Part shown: positions 7,153-15,436 of the stretch, piece by piece | How the letters are laid out: each line of letters opens with the position of its first letter | Position numbering within the stretch: the first letter of the stretch is position 1 | NCBI GenBank assembly: GCA_048882045.1 | Contig: JBHLRZ010000031.1 | Span: forward strand, 15,675-40,714 | Direction: 5' to 3' | Length of the DNA: 25,040 nucleotides | DNA from: Candidatus Thorarchaeota archaeon | Lineage (GTDB): Archaea; Asgardarchaeota; Thorarchaeia; Thorarchaeales; Thorarchaeaceae | Position numbers and translations under genes: made by a program | Notes under the pieces: generated by a model | The model's database searches: none | What the model was told of the DNA's origin: nothing | The model's input: the letters and a program-made list of their open reading frames with translations, nothing else

Positions 7153-10044
7153 TCACATGTTTCTAAGGACCACAGCCGGGTCTGTGTTTGCAGCTTCTCG
7201 CGCTGGCAGATAGGATCCAACTACCATCGTGAGGATTTCTAGGAAGAGGACTATCGAGAGAAATCCCAGTGGGAATGATATTGTGGACACCAAGACTCTT
7301 GAGAAGGGACTCATGATATTGAGTAGGTATCCGAAGACAAAGCCAAAGGCAAATCCAAGAATGATACTTAATGCCAAGGATGCTAGAACTACACCTGAGA
7401 ACTCTGAAAACACCATACTCACAATCTGGCGTTTAGACCCTCCAATTGCGCGCATCACCGCGTATTCTTTCCGACGTTCACGAACAACTGATCCCAGTGA
7501 TATTGATAGTGCGAAGATGCTGAGTATCAATGACATTAGGAATCCTATGGAGAAGAGCCCTTCTACTGTATTGAGGAAGAGTGCTGTAGACAGCGAATGT
7601 GTCTTCAAATCAAATTCAGAGGGGATGTTTGGAAAGACATCGGGGATGGACTTCATGTCCTCTAAGACCTGAGTTGTATTGGTACCATCCACTAAGTTTC
7701 CAAAGAATAGATTAACTGTCTGAATTTCTGTTTCAAATGACACATATTCTAGGTTCGCAATAACAAAACCGGAACGAGCAGCTTGGAAGCCGAATCCGGA
7801 TCCAAGTGCTGAAGAAGGCATCTCTGCAGCAGATGCGTATCCAAAACCTGGTGCGCTGTGCATTGTTGTCACAATAGTGAACACGACCTGCTGGGTTCCA
7901 CCTATGATTGCCATTTCTAGAGTGAGATTCTCTCCAACATCTTTGTCCAGTCGGTTCGCAAGATAATCACTAATGATTACTCCATTCGGCACAGCATCCA
8001 ACGCTAGGAGTGCAGTTTCAGGATCAGAATTCGGGAAACTCGACTGATCGAAATGGCCTATCTCTAAATATTCATCAGGGTACAACGCCTCTACCGTTAT
8101 TTCTTCAGATCCCAACCGTGCCCAAGTTCTGAGAATAGGTGTGACTCGTTCAACCCCGTTAATTGATGTCAATGTTTCATTGAAATCCAATACTCGATTA
8201 GTGCAATCAATTCGAATGTCTGCCCCCAGCGCATAATCGACCTCTCGATTTAGGTCCACCTTAAGACTCTCTGATTGAACGGAAAATGCGATAGTAGAAG
8301 ACATCGTGAGTGCGAGTACGACCATGAGGGGAATAATACGACCTTTACGCATTCTTAGATAGCCTGCTGAGATGAGGTTCTTCTGACCAAGTGCAAAGGA
8401 GAGTTTCTCAGAAATTCTGGCGAGGCCTACACGTGATATCTTTGAACCGTTATAGGCGATGAAGAACCATGCAGCTGTACCAAGTGAAATCTCAAATAGG
8501 AATAACATGGGATCTCTTGGCAATAAGAACATCATGACTATGACCAGTCCTAAGAGAACAACTGAGGCGCCAATCGTAAAGCCATGTGACTCGACTTGCT
8601 CAGTTGGATCTTCTGTGAATTCCATCAATGTGAGACCAATCTCTGTTGAAGCAGCTTTCCTACCCAAATATAGGATGAACAACATACTTGGAAGCACAGT
8701 CAGTCCAATTGACCGAAGTAGCGTACTTGGTGAAACCACAGTCCTTGACAAATAGTATGTATATACACTCCAATCAAATGACATGAAGTCTAGGCTTGAA
8801 GGTATCAAAGGAGCGAAGAAGATACTGAAGACGATTCCAAATACAACAGCAAGAGAGCCAATTATTGTCGTTTCCCACAAGAAGATACTTGAAACTTGTG
8901 AGAAGGTTGCACCTTTCGAACGAATGATTCCTACCTCTACGGTTCTAGGAGCCATGAAAGTGTCAGCAGCAAAGACTGAGAAGAACAGTGCAAGAAGGAT
9001 GATTGGAAGGGCCAGAATAGAAAGTGAGAGTGTTTCTACATAGGTGTTGACTGAGGTCTGCATTTCATTGACCTTGTCAATGCCACTCCAGGTGATTTCA
9101 AAATTGGTTTCCACTCTGTCAGCGAGTCCAAATAGATTGTTTGCGATATTCTCAGGACCTGATGCTGCCAATGCAGCTGCAGAAACCCTGACCAATGATG
9201 ATGGCTGGAAGATGTTGTCTTCTGGGAGGGAATTTTGAGGGAATACATCCTTGAGGATCATTACACTGTCATGTAGACCAAGGACTGGATAGCGGATGTT
9301 AGTGTTGTTTAGACTTGCACGATAGATTGTAGGAAGCGCTCTCTCGGTCAGTGAGTCCTGATACTTGGGATTGAAGATACCAACAATCCTCAGATCTGTA
9401 AGACTTTGTCTGCCGAGGTTTGCGAGTGGGACTGCATGTGTGCTTGTAACTTGAGTAAGAAGTTCAATGTCAATTGTGTCATTGATATGTAGCTCGGTTT
9501 GGAACATGAACTCGTAATAATAGATGAAGTTGCTTGAAACAACGATATCCCCTTCTCCGAGCTGAAATGACCCTTGAATCCAGAACTCCTGTTCTGTGAG
9601 CTGGAGAAATTCGTTGTCAACAAAGATGACCCTACAGTCCTTCATCCCGTCACTGTAGACTGTGCCATCAATATCATAGAGCGTAGTGTCATTAAGTTCA
9701 GTCCCCCAGACTATCCCCACAGTCGAGTTCACTGTATACGTCTTTTCAACAAAGGGATCCTGTGTTATGTATTCATCAGCGAGATGCAACACTTCAGAAT
9801 TACCAAATTCAGCAGACACCTGAAGCTGGAATGCGTGATCTTCTAGATATTCATAGATACTGACATAAACACCAGTGTCACCCCAGACCATAGTTGAGGC
9901 AAAAAGACTGATGCCAAGACTCAGCGTGAGTGCTAGACTGACTGCTCGAAAAGGATTTGCTCTGATTGAACTGAGTGCATAAGAGAAACCATAGCCTTTG
10001 TTTCCCTGCTTCTGAATCTTCCTTGTCTTCTTTCCTGCAGCCAC
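7153..10044 (-). CDS. Large FtsX/MacB-family ABC permease with two FtsX domains (963 aa), paralog of the adjacent permease
   Basis: EVGIIRSKGAT and EYAVMRAIGGSKRQI motifs, C-terminal PAREAANTDPAVVLR, same architecture as 4237..7143. Confidence 0.92.
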   Translation of the reverse strand: MAAGKKTRKIQKQGNKGYGFSYALSSIRANPFRAVSLALTLSLGISLFASTMVWGDTGVYVSIYEYLEDHAFQLQVSAEFGNSEVLHLADEYITQDPFVEKTYTVNSTVGIVWGTELNDTTLYDIDGTVYSDGMKDCRVIFVDNEFLQLTEQEFWIQGSFQLGEGDIVVSSNFIYYYEFMFQTELHINDTIDIELLTQVTSTHAVPLANLGRQSLTDLRIVGIFNPKYQDSLTERALPTIYRASLNNTNIRYPVLGLHDSVMILKDVFPQNSLPEDNIFQPSSLVRVSAAALAASGPENIANNLFGLADRVETNFEITWSGIDKVNEMQTSVNTYVETLSLSILALPIILLALFFSVFAADTFMAPRTVEVGIIRSKGATFSQVSSIFLWETTIIGSLAVVFGIVFSIFFAPLIPSSLDFMSFDWSVYTYYLSRTVVSPSTLLRSIGLTVLPSMLFILYLGRKAASTEIGLTLMEFTEDPTEQVESHGFTIGASVVLLGLVIVMMFLLPRDPMLFLFEISLGTAAWFFIAYNGSKISRVGLARISEKLSFALGQKNLISAGYLRMRKGRIIPLMVVLALTMSSTIAFSVQSESLKVDLNREVDYALGADIRIDCTNRVLDFNETLTSINGVERVTPILRTWARLGSEEITVEALYPDEYLEIGHFDQSSFPNSDPETALLALDAVPNGVIISDYLANRLDKDVGENLTLEMAIIGGTQQVVFTIVTTMHSAPGFGYASAAEMPSSALGSGFGFQAARSGFVIANLEYVSFETEIQTVNLFFGNLVDGTNTTQVLEDMKSIPDVFPNIPSEFDLKTHSLSTALFLNTVEGLFSIGFLMSLILSIFALSISLGSVVRERRKEYAVMRAIGGSKRQIVSMVFSEFSGVVLASLALSIILGFAFGFVFGYLLNIMSPFSRVLVSTISFPLGFLSIVLFLEILTMVVGSYLPAREAANTDPAVVLRNM

Positions 10045-10049
10045 TCAGA

Positions 10050-10823
10050 TCACTCCGATGAAACTGTTCCACGGGGAGTACCATTCTTCTTCGTTTCAAC
10101 GTCAACTCGACTGGCTTTGAAGAATTCACCAACGAGCTCATCAACGAGAACACCGTCACGGAGCAGCAGAATCCTATCGGCCATCCTTGCAGTTTCGGGG
10201 TCGTGTGTTGCCGCAATGACTGCACGATTCTGGTTCTTGGCAAGGTCCCGCATGAGTTGGATGATCTCCCCACCAGTCTTGTGATCAAGGTCTCCGGTGG
10301 GCTCGTCACAGAGCAGCACAGCAGGATCATTTGCAAGAGCTCGTGCTAGTGCTACACGAGAACGCATTCCTCCTGAGAGCTCGTGAGGCATGTGCTGGGC
10401 TCTGTGGTCCACAAAGACTGTTTCCAGTAGCTTCCTAGCTCTCTTCCTACGAGCCTCTTGGGGAATGTCGTCGAGGAGCATGGGTACCTCTACATTCTCG
10501 ATTGCTGTGAAGATAGGTAATAGATGCTGGTCTTGAAAGAGAACGCCAATCTTGTGTCGGCGAACCTCTGACATCTGCTCATCGCTGAGTTTTGTGATAT
10601 CTTCACCATCAATGAGAATTGTACCAGAAGTTGGCTGGTCGAGTCCACCAATTAGATTGAGAAGTGTTGTCTTGCCAGACCCTGAAGCTCCTACGATAGC
10701 CACAAATTCACCACGGTCAACAGAGAGATTGGTTCCTTGGAGGACCTTGATGACACGTGAACCATCTTGGAACTCACGACGAATATCTATGCAGTCAACT
10801 GCAACTTGTTTCTTGCCAGCCAA
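10050..10823 (-). CDS. ABC transporter ATP-binding protein (LolD/MacB type)
   Basis: GASGSGKT, LSGGM, LLCDEPTGDLD and ATHD motifs. TTG start with GGTGAG SD. Confidence 0.95.
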   Translation of the reverse strand: MAGKKQVAVDCIDIRREFQDGSRVIKVLQGTNLSVDRGEFVAIVGASGSGKTTLLNLIGGLDQPTSGTILIDGEDITKLSDEQMSEVRRHKIGVLFQDQHLLPIFTAIENVEVPMLLDDIPQEARRKRARKLLETVFVDHRAQHMPHELSGGMRSRVALARALANDPAVLLCDEPTGDLDHKTGGEIIQLMRDLAKNQNRAVIAATHDPETARMADRILLLRDGVLVDELVGEFFKASRVDVETKKNGTPRGTVSSE

Positions 10824-10948
10824 AGTGTGAACTCACCAACTTGGAAATCAATAAGACCTCGTTTTAAGCCTCACCCTTTGAGCAGCTCATTTTCCAGCTA
10901 TCCAACGAATCGAAATTTCCTTATGCCAGAGGTGAAGATATCCGCACG

Positions 10949-11428
10949 ATGAGAATATTTGCTGTTTCTGGGTATTCAGGCACTGGAAAAACGGCTCTTA
11001 TCGAGATCCTGATAAGAGAACTGGTAAGAGAAGGATTCTCAGTAGCCACCATGAAAAGCTCGAAGCACGAGCTAGGACCGGAGAAGGGAACTGACACTTG
11101 GCGACACAAACAGGCAGGAGCATCAACGACACTTTTCTTGAAAACGAGCGAGAGTCAGGTAGACCTAAGAGAGAGAATTGGTAATGAGAATCTTGAGATG
11201 CTGGCAGGAAATGATTTTCTCATAATCGAAGGAATGAAGACAGCTGACATCCCCAAATTCTGGTGTATAGGAGATACTGATTTTGATCTAGACGATGTTC
11301 CTGCTGGTACGCAGGCTGTTGTGACATGGTCTATCAGACCCCATTTGATCTCAGACATTCCAATATTCACACATGAGGATGTGAGTCATCTAGTGGAAAT
11401 AGTAAAGACAAAGTCGGAATCAATTTGA
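10949..11428 (+). CDS. mobB: Molybdopterin-guanine dinucleotide biosynthesis protein B
   Basis: GYSGTGKT P-loop, GTDTWRHKQAGA and LIIEGMK motifs typical of MobB. Confidence 0.85.
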   Translation: MRIFAVSGYSGTGKTALIEILIRELVREGFSVATMKSSKHELGPEKGTDTWRHKQAGASTTLFLKTSESQVDLRERIGNENLEMLAGNDFLIIEGMKTADIPKFWCIGDTDFDLDDVPAGTQAVVTWSIRPHLISDIPIFTHEDVSHLVEIVKTKSESI

Positions 11429-11478
11429 GATTCCGACACAACACAATACTCATTTTCAATCCAATAGAGTAGGCCTTG

Positions 11479-12315
11479 ATGAGAAGTCTAGAGGTCGAGA
11501 GATTCAATCTTGTAGACACACTGGAGTGTGGTCAGACTTTCTGTTGGAGCAGAGAGGGTAAAGGATACATCAATGCAGATGTAGGTCAAGTAGTGTATGT
11601 AGAACAGAAGGAGAACATCCTCTATTATGAGACCTCTCATGATGATGTGGATTTGCAGAAGATGTTTCGTCTGGATGACCCTTTGGATGATATACAGAGG
11701 GAGATTTCGATTGATGACTTCATGAAGGCGAGCATTGAGTTTGCACCGAATCTCCGTATCGTAAGTGATCCTTTCTTCCCAACGCTTGTTTCATTTCTCT
11801 GTTCAGTATGGAAAAACATCCCCGCGATTCAGGGGATGACCCAGTCCATACGACGAGAATGGGGACCATCCTATTATTTCAGAGGAAAGACATACTATGG
11901 GATGCCAACTCCTGAGCAGCTATCAGAAGCTAGTGTTAGGGATCTAATGAAGCTTGGACTGGCATGGAGGGCGGAATTCATCTCAAAGTCTACAGATGCA
12001 ATTCTCGAAGAAGAGATTTCGGATATATCCTTGAGATCAATGGTATACTCTGAGGCACATAAAGAAATGAGGAAACTTCATGGGGTGGGCAACAAAGTTG
12101 CGGACTGCGTGTGTCTTTTCTCATTAGGGTTTCTTGAAGCATTCCCAATGGATGTCTGGATAGAACGAGTCATTCAAAGACAGTATGACATGTTGTCAAA
12201 AACAGGGAAGTCATATTCAAAGAAATCAGCTGCTGCTCGAAGCTACTTTGGAAAGTACGCTGGATATGCACAGCAGTATCTCTATTATTATTCTCGGTGT
12301 GCCGTAGGGTTCTAG
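11479..12315 (+). CDS. ogg1: 8-oxoguanine DNA glycosylase/AP lyase, OGG1 type (OGG_N + HhH-GPD)
   Basis: TLECGQTFCW N-terminal motif, HhH GVGNKVADCVCLF with the catalytic Lys, FPMDVW with the catalytic Asp, and C-terminal GKYAGYAQQYL. Confidence 0.9.
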   Translation: MRSLEVERFNLVDTLECGQTFCWSREGKGYINADVGQVVYVEQKENILYYETSHDDVDLQKMFRLDDPLDDIQREISIDDFMKASIEFAPNLRIVSDPFFPTLVSFLCSVWKNIPAIQGMTQSIRREWGPSYYFRGKTYYGMPTPEQLSEASVRDLMKLGLAWRAEFISKSTDAILEEEISDISLRSMVYSEAHKEMRKLHGVGNKVADCVCLFSLGFLEAFPMDVWIERVIQRQYDMLSKTGKSYSKKSAAARSYFGKYAGYAQQYLYYYSRCAVGF

Positions 12316-13457
12316 AAGTTCTGTTTTTTATCACGTTTCTTTGCGTACCATGAGTGGTCAGTGATTTCTTTCGAAATCTCCCAAGCCCTCGTATTGTAGA
12401 AGGCAATCGGATTGAGTACGTAAGCGCAGAGTGGGTCATGCGCCTGTCCGAGATAGACCGGACATAGATTATTGACTTGGAGCTTCTTGCAGCCAGGAGG
12501 AACATATCCCTCTCTATCATCACCTGATGATCTCTTGGTCGCTATGTGTCGTACTTGATACTCGATGATACTTGTGTGTCTGTCAGGAGAACCACTAAAC
12601 ACACGTTGAACGTCGTCTTCGCTCATACCAATCCTGAGAAGGAAGGCTGCCAGTGCGAATCTAGCGTCATGTGAAAGATTGACCTCTCCTCTGATCGATT
12701 CGTTGTACATCTTTTCAATGCAGGGAGGAAAAGCAGTGGTCACTGTTTCTGTTATCTTGACCGGCTCTACCTGACGTATCCGACCACGGGTTTCGGACTC
12801 AATCCTATGGACAGCCTCTATAAGACGCTGTGACATCTTTGGAATATCAAACCGTCCTTGTATAATGAGTTGACGAAACTTTCCTGAGATGAGCCGGTCC
12901 AACTCAGACTTGCGAACTGGAATCCAACCCTTGTCCAGATAGCGATTGATGAGGCTCCACTCTTCACTGTGAAATGATGGTGCAACCTCGAGGAAGTTTT
13001 CAAAGCGAATCTTGATTTCATAGGTACGTAACATCAGAGGGAGACCAGCCCTTGCACTGAGGTCGCCATAGGATTCCACTCCCCATCCAAAGGACGTCCG
13101 GCAAAGCTCCATCACAAACTTGTCTTCCTCCATACCAAGCTGTTTGTTTGCCTCTTTGGATTCAGCCTCAGCCTGAAGCGCTCGAAGGCGAGGATTGCCC
13201 AGTTCCTCTACTATGAGCCGCGCAGTCGGGTAAATCAAAACATCCTTCTCGTTCTCCAATGCAGGATATTGAATCTCCGACTGTGTCAGGGCTGCAAAAA
13301 CTCGATTCTCCGCCTCTTCCACGATATAGTTATTCTCAGAATCTTCGAGAAGCTCAACAAGGTCACCTAGGTCTCTAGCCATCTTCTGGGATGCTTTTCT
13401 AGCCTCAGCTGAGAAAGGATATTTCAATTGCTGAGATCGTCGAGACAACTGATTCAC
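12312..13457 (-). CDS. priL: DNA primase large subunit PriL
   Basis: N-terminal KYPF, then FPPCI, LSHDARFALAAFL, YQVRHI and YVPPGC..LC..LC with four candidate Fe-S Cys, and NP near the C-terminus. Confidence 0.95.
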   Translation of the reverse strand: MNQLSRRSQQLKYPFSAEARKASQKMARDLGDLVELLEDSENNYIVEEAENRVFAALTQSEIQYPALENEKDVLIYPTARLIVEELGNPRLRALQAEAESKEANKQLGMEEDKFVMELCRTSFGWGVESYGDLSARAGLPLMLRTYEIKIRFENFLEVAPSFHSEEWSLINRYLDKGWIPVRKSELDRLISGKFRQLIIQGRFDIPKMSQRLIEAVHRIESETRGRIRQVEPVKITETVTTAFPPCIEKMYNESIRGEVNLSHDARFALAAFLLRIGMSEDDVQRVFSGSPDRHTSIIEYQVRHIATKRSSGDDREGYVPPGCKKLQVNNLCPVYLGQAHDPLCAYVLNPIAFYNTRAWEISKEITDHSWYAKKRDKKQNF

Positions 13458-13462
13458 ACCTG

Positions 13463-13672
13463 CTATCTGATGAATGTAGGTCTATAGTCATCAACACTAC
13501 GTTCGTAAAACTTCTTACCGCACGACGCGCACTTGAACATCTGAACACCTCTATTCCGACCCCAGCTGTCAAGTATCCGTAAAATGCGTTTACTCCCGCA
13601 ACTTGGACAGGTCATTTCACTATCGTCATGCGCCCATGGTGAAGCTCTTCGTCGTGACATGTAGTTATACAT
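13463..13672 (-). CDS. Small zinc-ribbon protein (CPSC-x22-CASC)
   Basis: 69 aa ORF that fills the gap between the methyltransferase and priL on the same strand and has two CxxC knuckles. Confidence 0.75.
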   Translation of the reverse strand: MYNYMSRRRASPWAHDDSEMTCPSCGSKRILRILDSWGRNRGVQMFKCASCGKKFYERSVDDYRPTFIR

Positions 13673-13690
13673 CCCATTCTGTGTTGATGA

Positions 13691-14350
13691 TTACCTCTTA
13701 TGTCCTACCACAACTGCACGGATTTCATCCAGGGTTATCATCCCACAATCCCCAAATCCGCAGGTCTGGAGGATTTCCACTATATCATTTGCTGAGTGTT
13801 TACACATATGTGGATACTGTTTTCTAGCGCGCTCTTCGGACATTCCATGCTCGACCATAGACCTTACAAAAGCGTCTTCGTTTCCTGAGATAAAGTCATA
13901 GACGATAAAGATACCCCAAGGTCGAATATGTTTGAAAACCTTAGATGAGAACGCAATAGGACTGGCAACCTCATGGAGCATCATACCAGAGAATCCCAGA
14001 TCAATGACTTCCAGCTCGACTGGTATCTCGTCGGTGTCAAAGTTCACTTCTACTAGCTCAAATGATTCAAGTTCAGTACGTTCTGAAAGAAACCTCTCAG
14101 CTTGAGTCAGCATTTCCCTACTCTCATCAAGACCTATCGCCATTATCGCATTGTATCTGTTGGCGATATCTGCAAGAAGAAGACCAGGACCACATCCGAA
14201 GTCTGCTACAAACTCTCTGGAGCCTGAACCAAGCAAAGCATCGAGAGCCTTCCAGAATTTCTCATCATATCTTCTAGAGTATGACTTGATCATTCGCTGA
14301 ACTCGATCTTCATCAGTCCAGTCTTCCTTACCGGGATTTGCCATCTTCAC
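13691..14350 (-). CDS. Class I SAM-dependent methyltransferase
   Basis: VADFGCGPG motif I, GLDESREML, MLHEV and IRPWGIFIVYD. GTG start overlaps the upstream TGA. Confidence 0.88.
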   Translation of the reverse strand: MKMANPGKEDWTDEDRVQRMIKSYSRRYDEKFWKALDALLGSGSREFVADFGCGPGLLLADIANRYNAIMAIGLDESREMLTQAERFLSERTELESFELVEVNFDTDEIPVELEVIDLGFSGMMLHEVASPIAFSSKVFKHIRPWGIFIVYDFISGNEDAFVRSMVEHGMSEERARKQYPHMCKHSANDIVEILQTCGFGDCGMITLDEIRAVVVGHKR

Positions 14351-14895
14351 TTTCTTCCCAAGATGAAATCAGCACGAAAGAGCAGGTCCATAAACTCGTT
14401 CATGCTCTGTTGTTGGATCTCAGGGTCGCTATAGAGCTTCTTGAGTTTTGACTTTCGACCATTCAATGTTGGGTCGGTTCCTTCATTGATAATCTTGTAC
14501 GCGGCATTTGGTCGTTCGACCCACCGGCATAGTTCTTCAAGTTTGGGACTGAGAAATAAGACTACTGGGGTCTTCGTCTTCCCGTTCACTTTGAACTTCT
14601 GATGATAAGCAGCATTGTTCTGACTGTCAAGAACTCGGAGTTCGATTCTTGGTGAACACTCAGCCATCTTTGCTAGAATGGGGAGGTTTCCAGCTGTGTC
14701 ATCACATCGGTCGTTACCAAGAACTAGTACCCGGAGTTCGTTCTGAATGCTGTTAAGAAGCTCTTCATCCTCATCGAGGATCTGAAAACCATCATATCTA
14801 GCTTTCATCAATTCAACGTTCTCACGTGCACTCTTCATGAACTTCTTGTAGTCCACTGCGTTATCCCATTCAGCATTCTCAGACATGCGTGTCAT
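14347..14895 (-). CDS. Thioredoxin-like protein (Thioredoxin_9 family)
   Basis: VLVLGNDRCDDTAGNLPIL, NGKTKTPVVLF (cis-Pro loop) and WVERP match this family. Confidence 0.8.
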   Translation of the reverse strand: MTRMSENAEWDNAVDYKKFMKSARENVELMKARYDGFQILDEDEELLNSIQNELRVLVLGNDRCDDTAGNLPILAKMAECSPRIELRVLDSQNNAAYHQKFKVNGKTKTPVVLFLSPKLEELCRWVERPNAAYKIINEGTDPTLNGRKSKLKKLYSDPEIQQQSMNEFMDLLFRADFILGRK

Positions 14896-15034
14896 CTCTA
14901 TGATATCTAAAAATCGTTGGAGGGAACCAACAACAGACTCTCTTTGTTATCAAAGAATAAAAAACTTGCTTGGGATGCAAATTAGTTTCGGGTATCTGTT
15001 GCGCTTTTATTCAAATAACTCTCCATAGATAATC

Positions 15035-15382
15035 ATGACCGAGAGCATGATGGCATATTGTGGGCTTAACTGTGCTGAATGTCCAGCATATCTGGCCTGG
15101 AAGACTGATGACGATAAACTACGTGAGAAACAGGTTGTTGAATGGAGCAGTCCAGACTATCCACTCACTGTTGATGACATCAACTGTGCTGGTTGTAAAA
15201 CGGACGGTGAACCCAAGTTCAAGTTCTGTGGAACATGTACAGTAAGAGCATGTGCAGGTGAGCGTGGTGTGGAAACATGCGCCCATTGTAGGGACTACGG
15301 TTGTGAAACGCTGGAAGCCTGGTTCAAAATGGCAGGAGACGAGGCTCGCCAGAAGCTTGACAACTTGCGAGCTGCACTGTAG
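15035..15382 (+). CDS. DUF3795 domain Cys-rich protein
   Basis: AYCGLNCAECPAY...CAGC...CGTCTVRACA...CAHC..YGC pattern. Confidence 0.88.
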   Translation: MTESMMAYCGLNCAECPAYLAWKTDDDKLREKQVVEWSSPDYPLTVDDINCAGCKTDGEPKFKFCGTCTVRACAGERGVETCAHCRDYGCETLEAWFKMAGDEARQKLDNLRAAL

Positions 15383-15436
15383 ACTTCTGTGTCGTTTATC
15401 TATGGTAATCAATAACTGAGTGCCGGAGATACTCCA

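Noticed and set aside
4361-10830. Many antisense or alternate-frame ORFs within the ABC operon (e.g. 4361..4726, 7229..7672, 9878..10336)
   Set aside because: They lie within well-supported genes, have no recognisable motifs, and are expected shadow ORFs.
13463-13672. IS1-family insertion sequence
   Set aside because: Only a zinc ribbon is present; no DDE domain, terminal inverted repeats or target duplication is visible.
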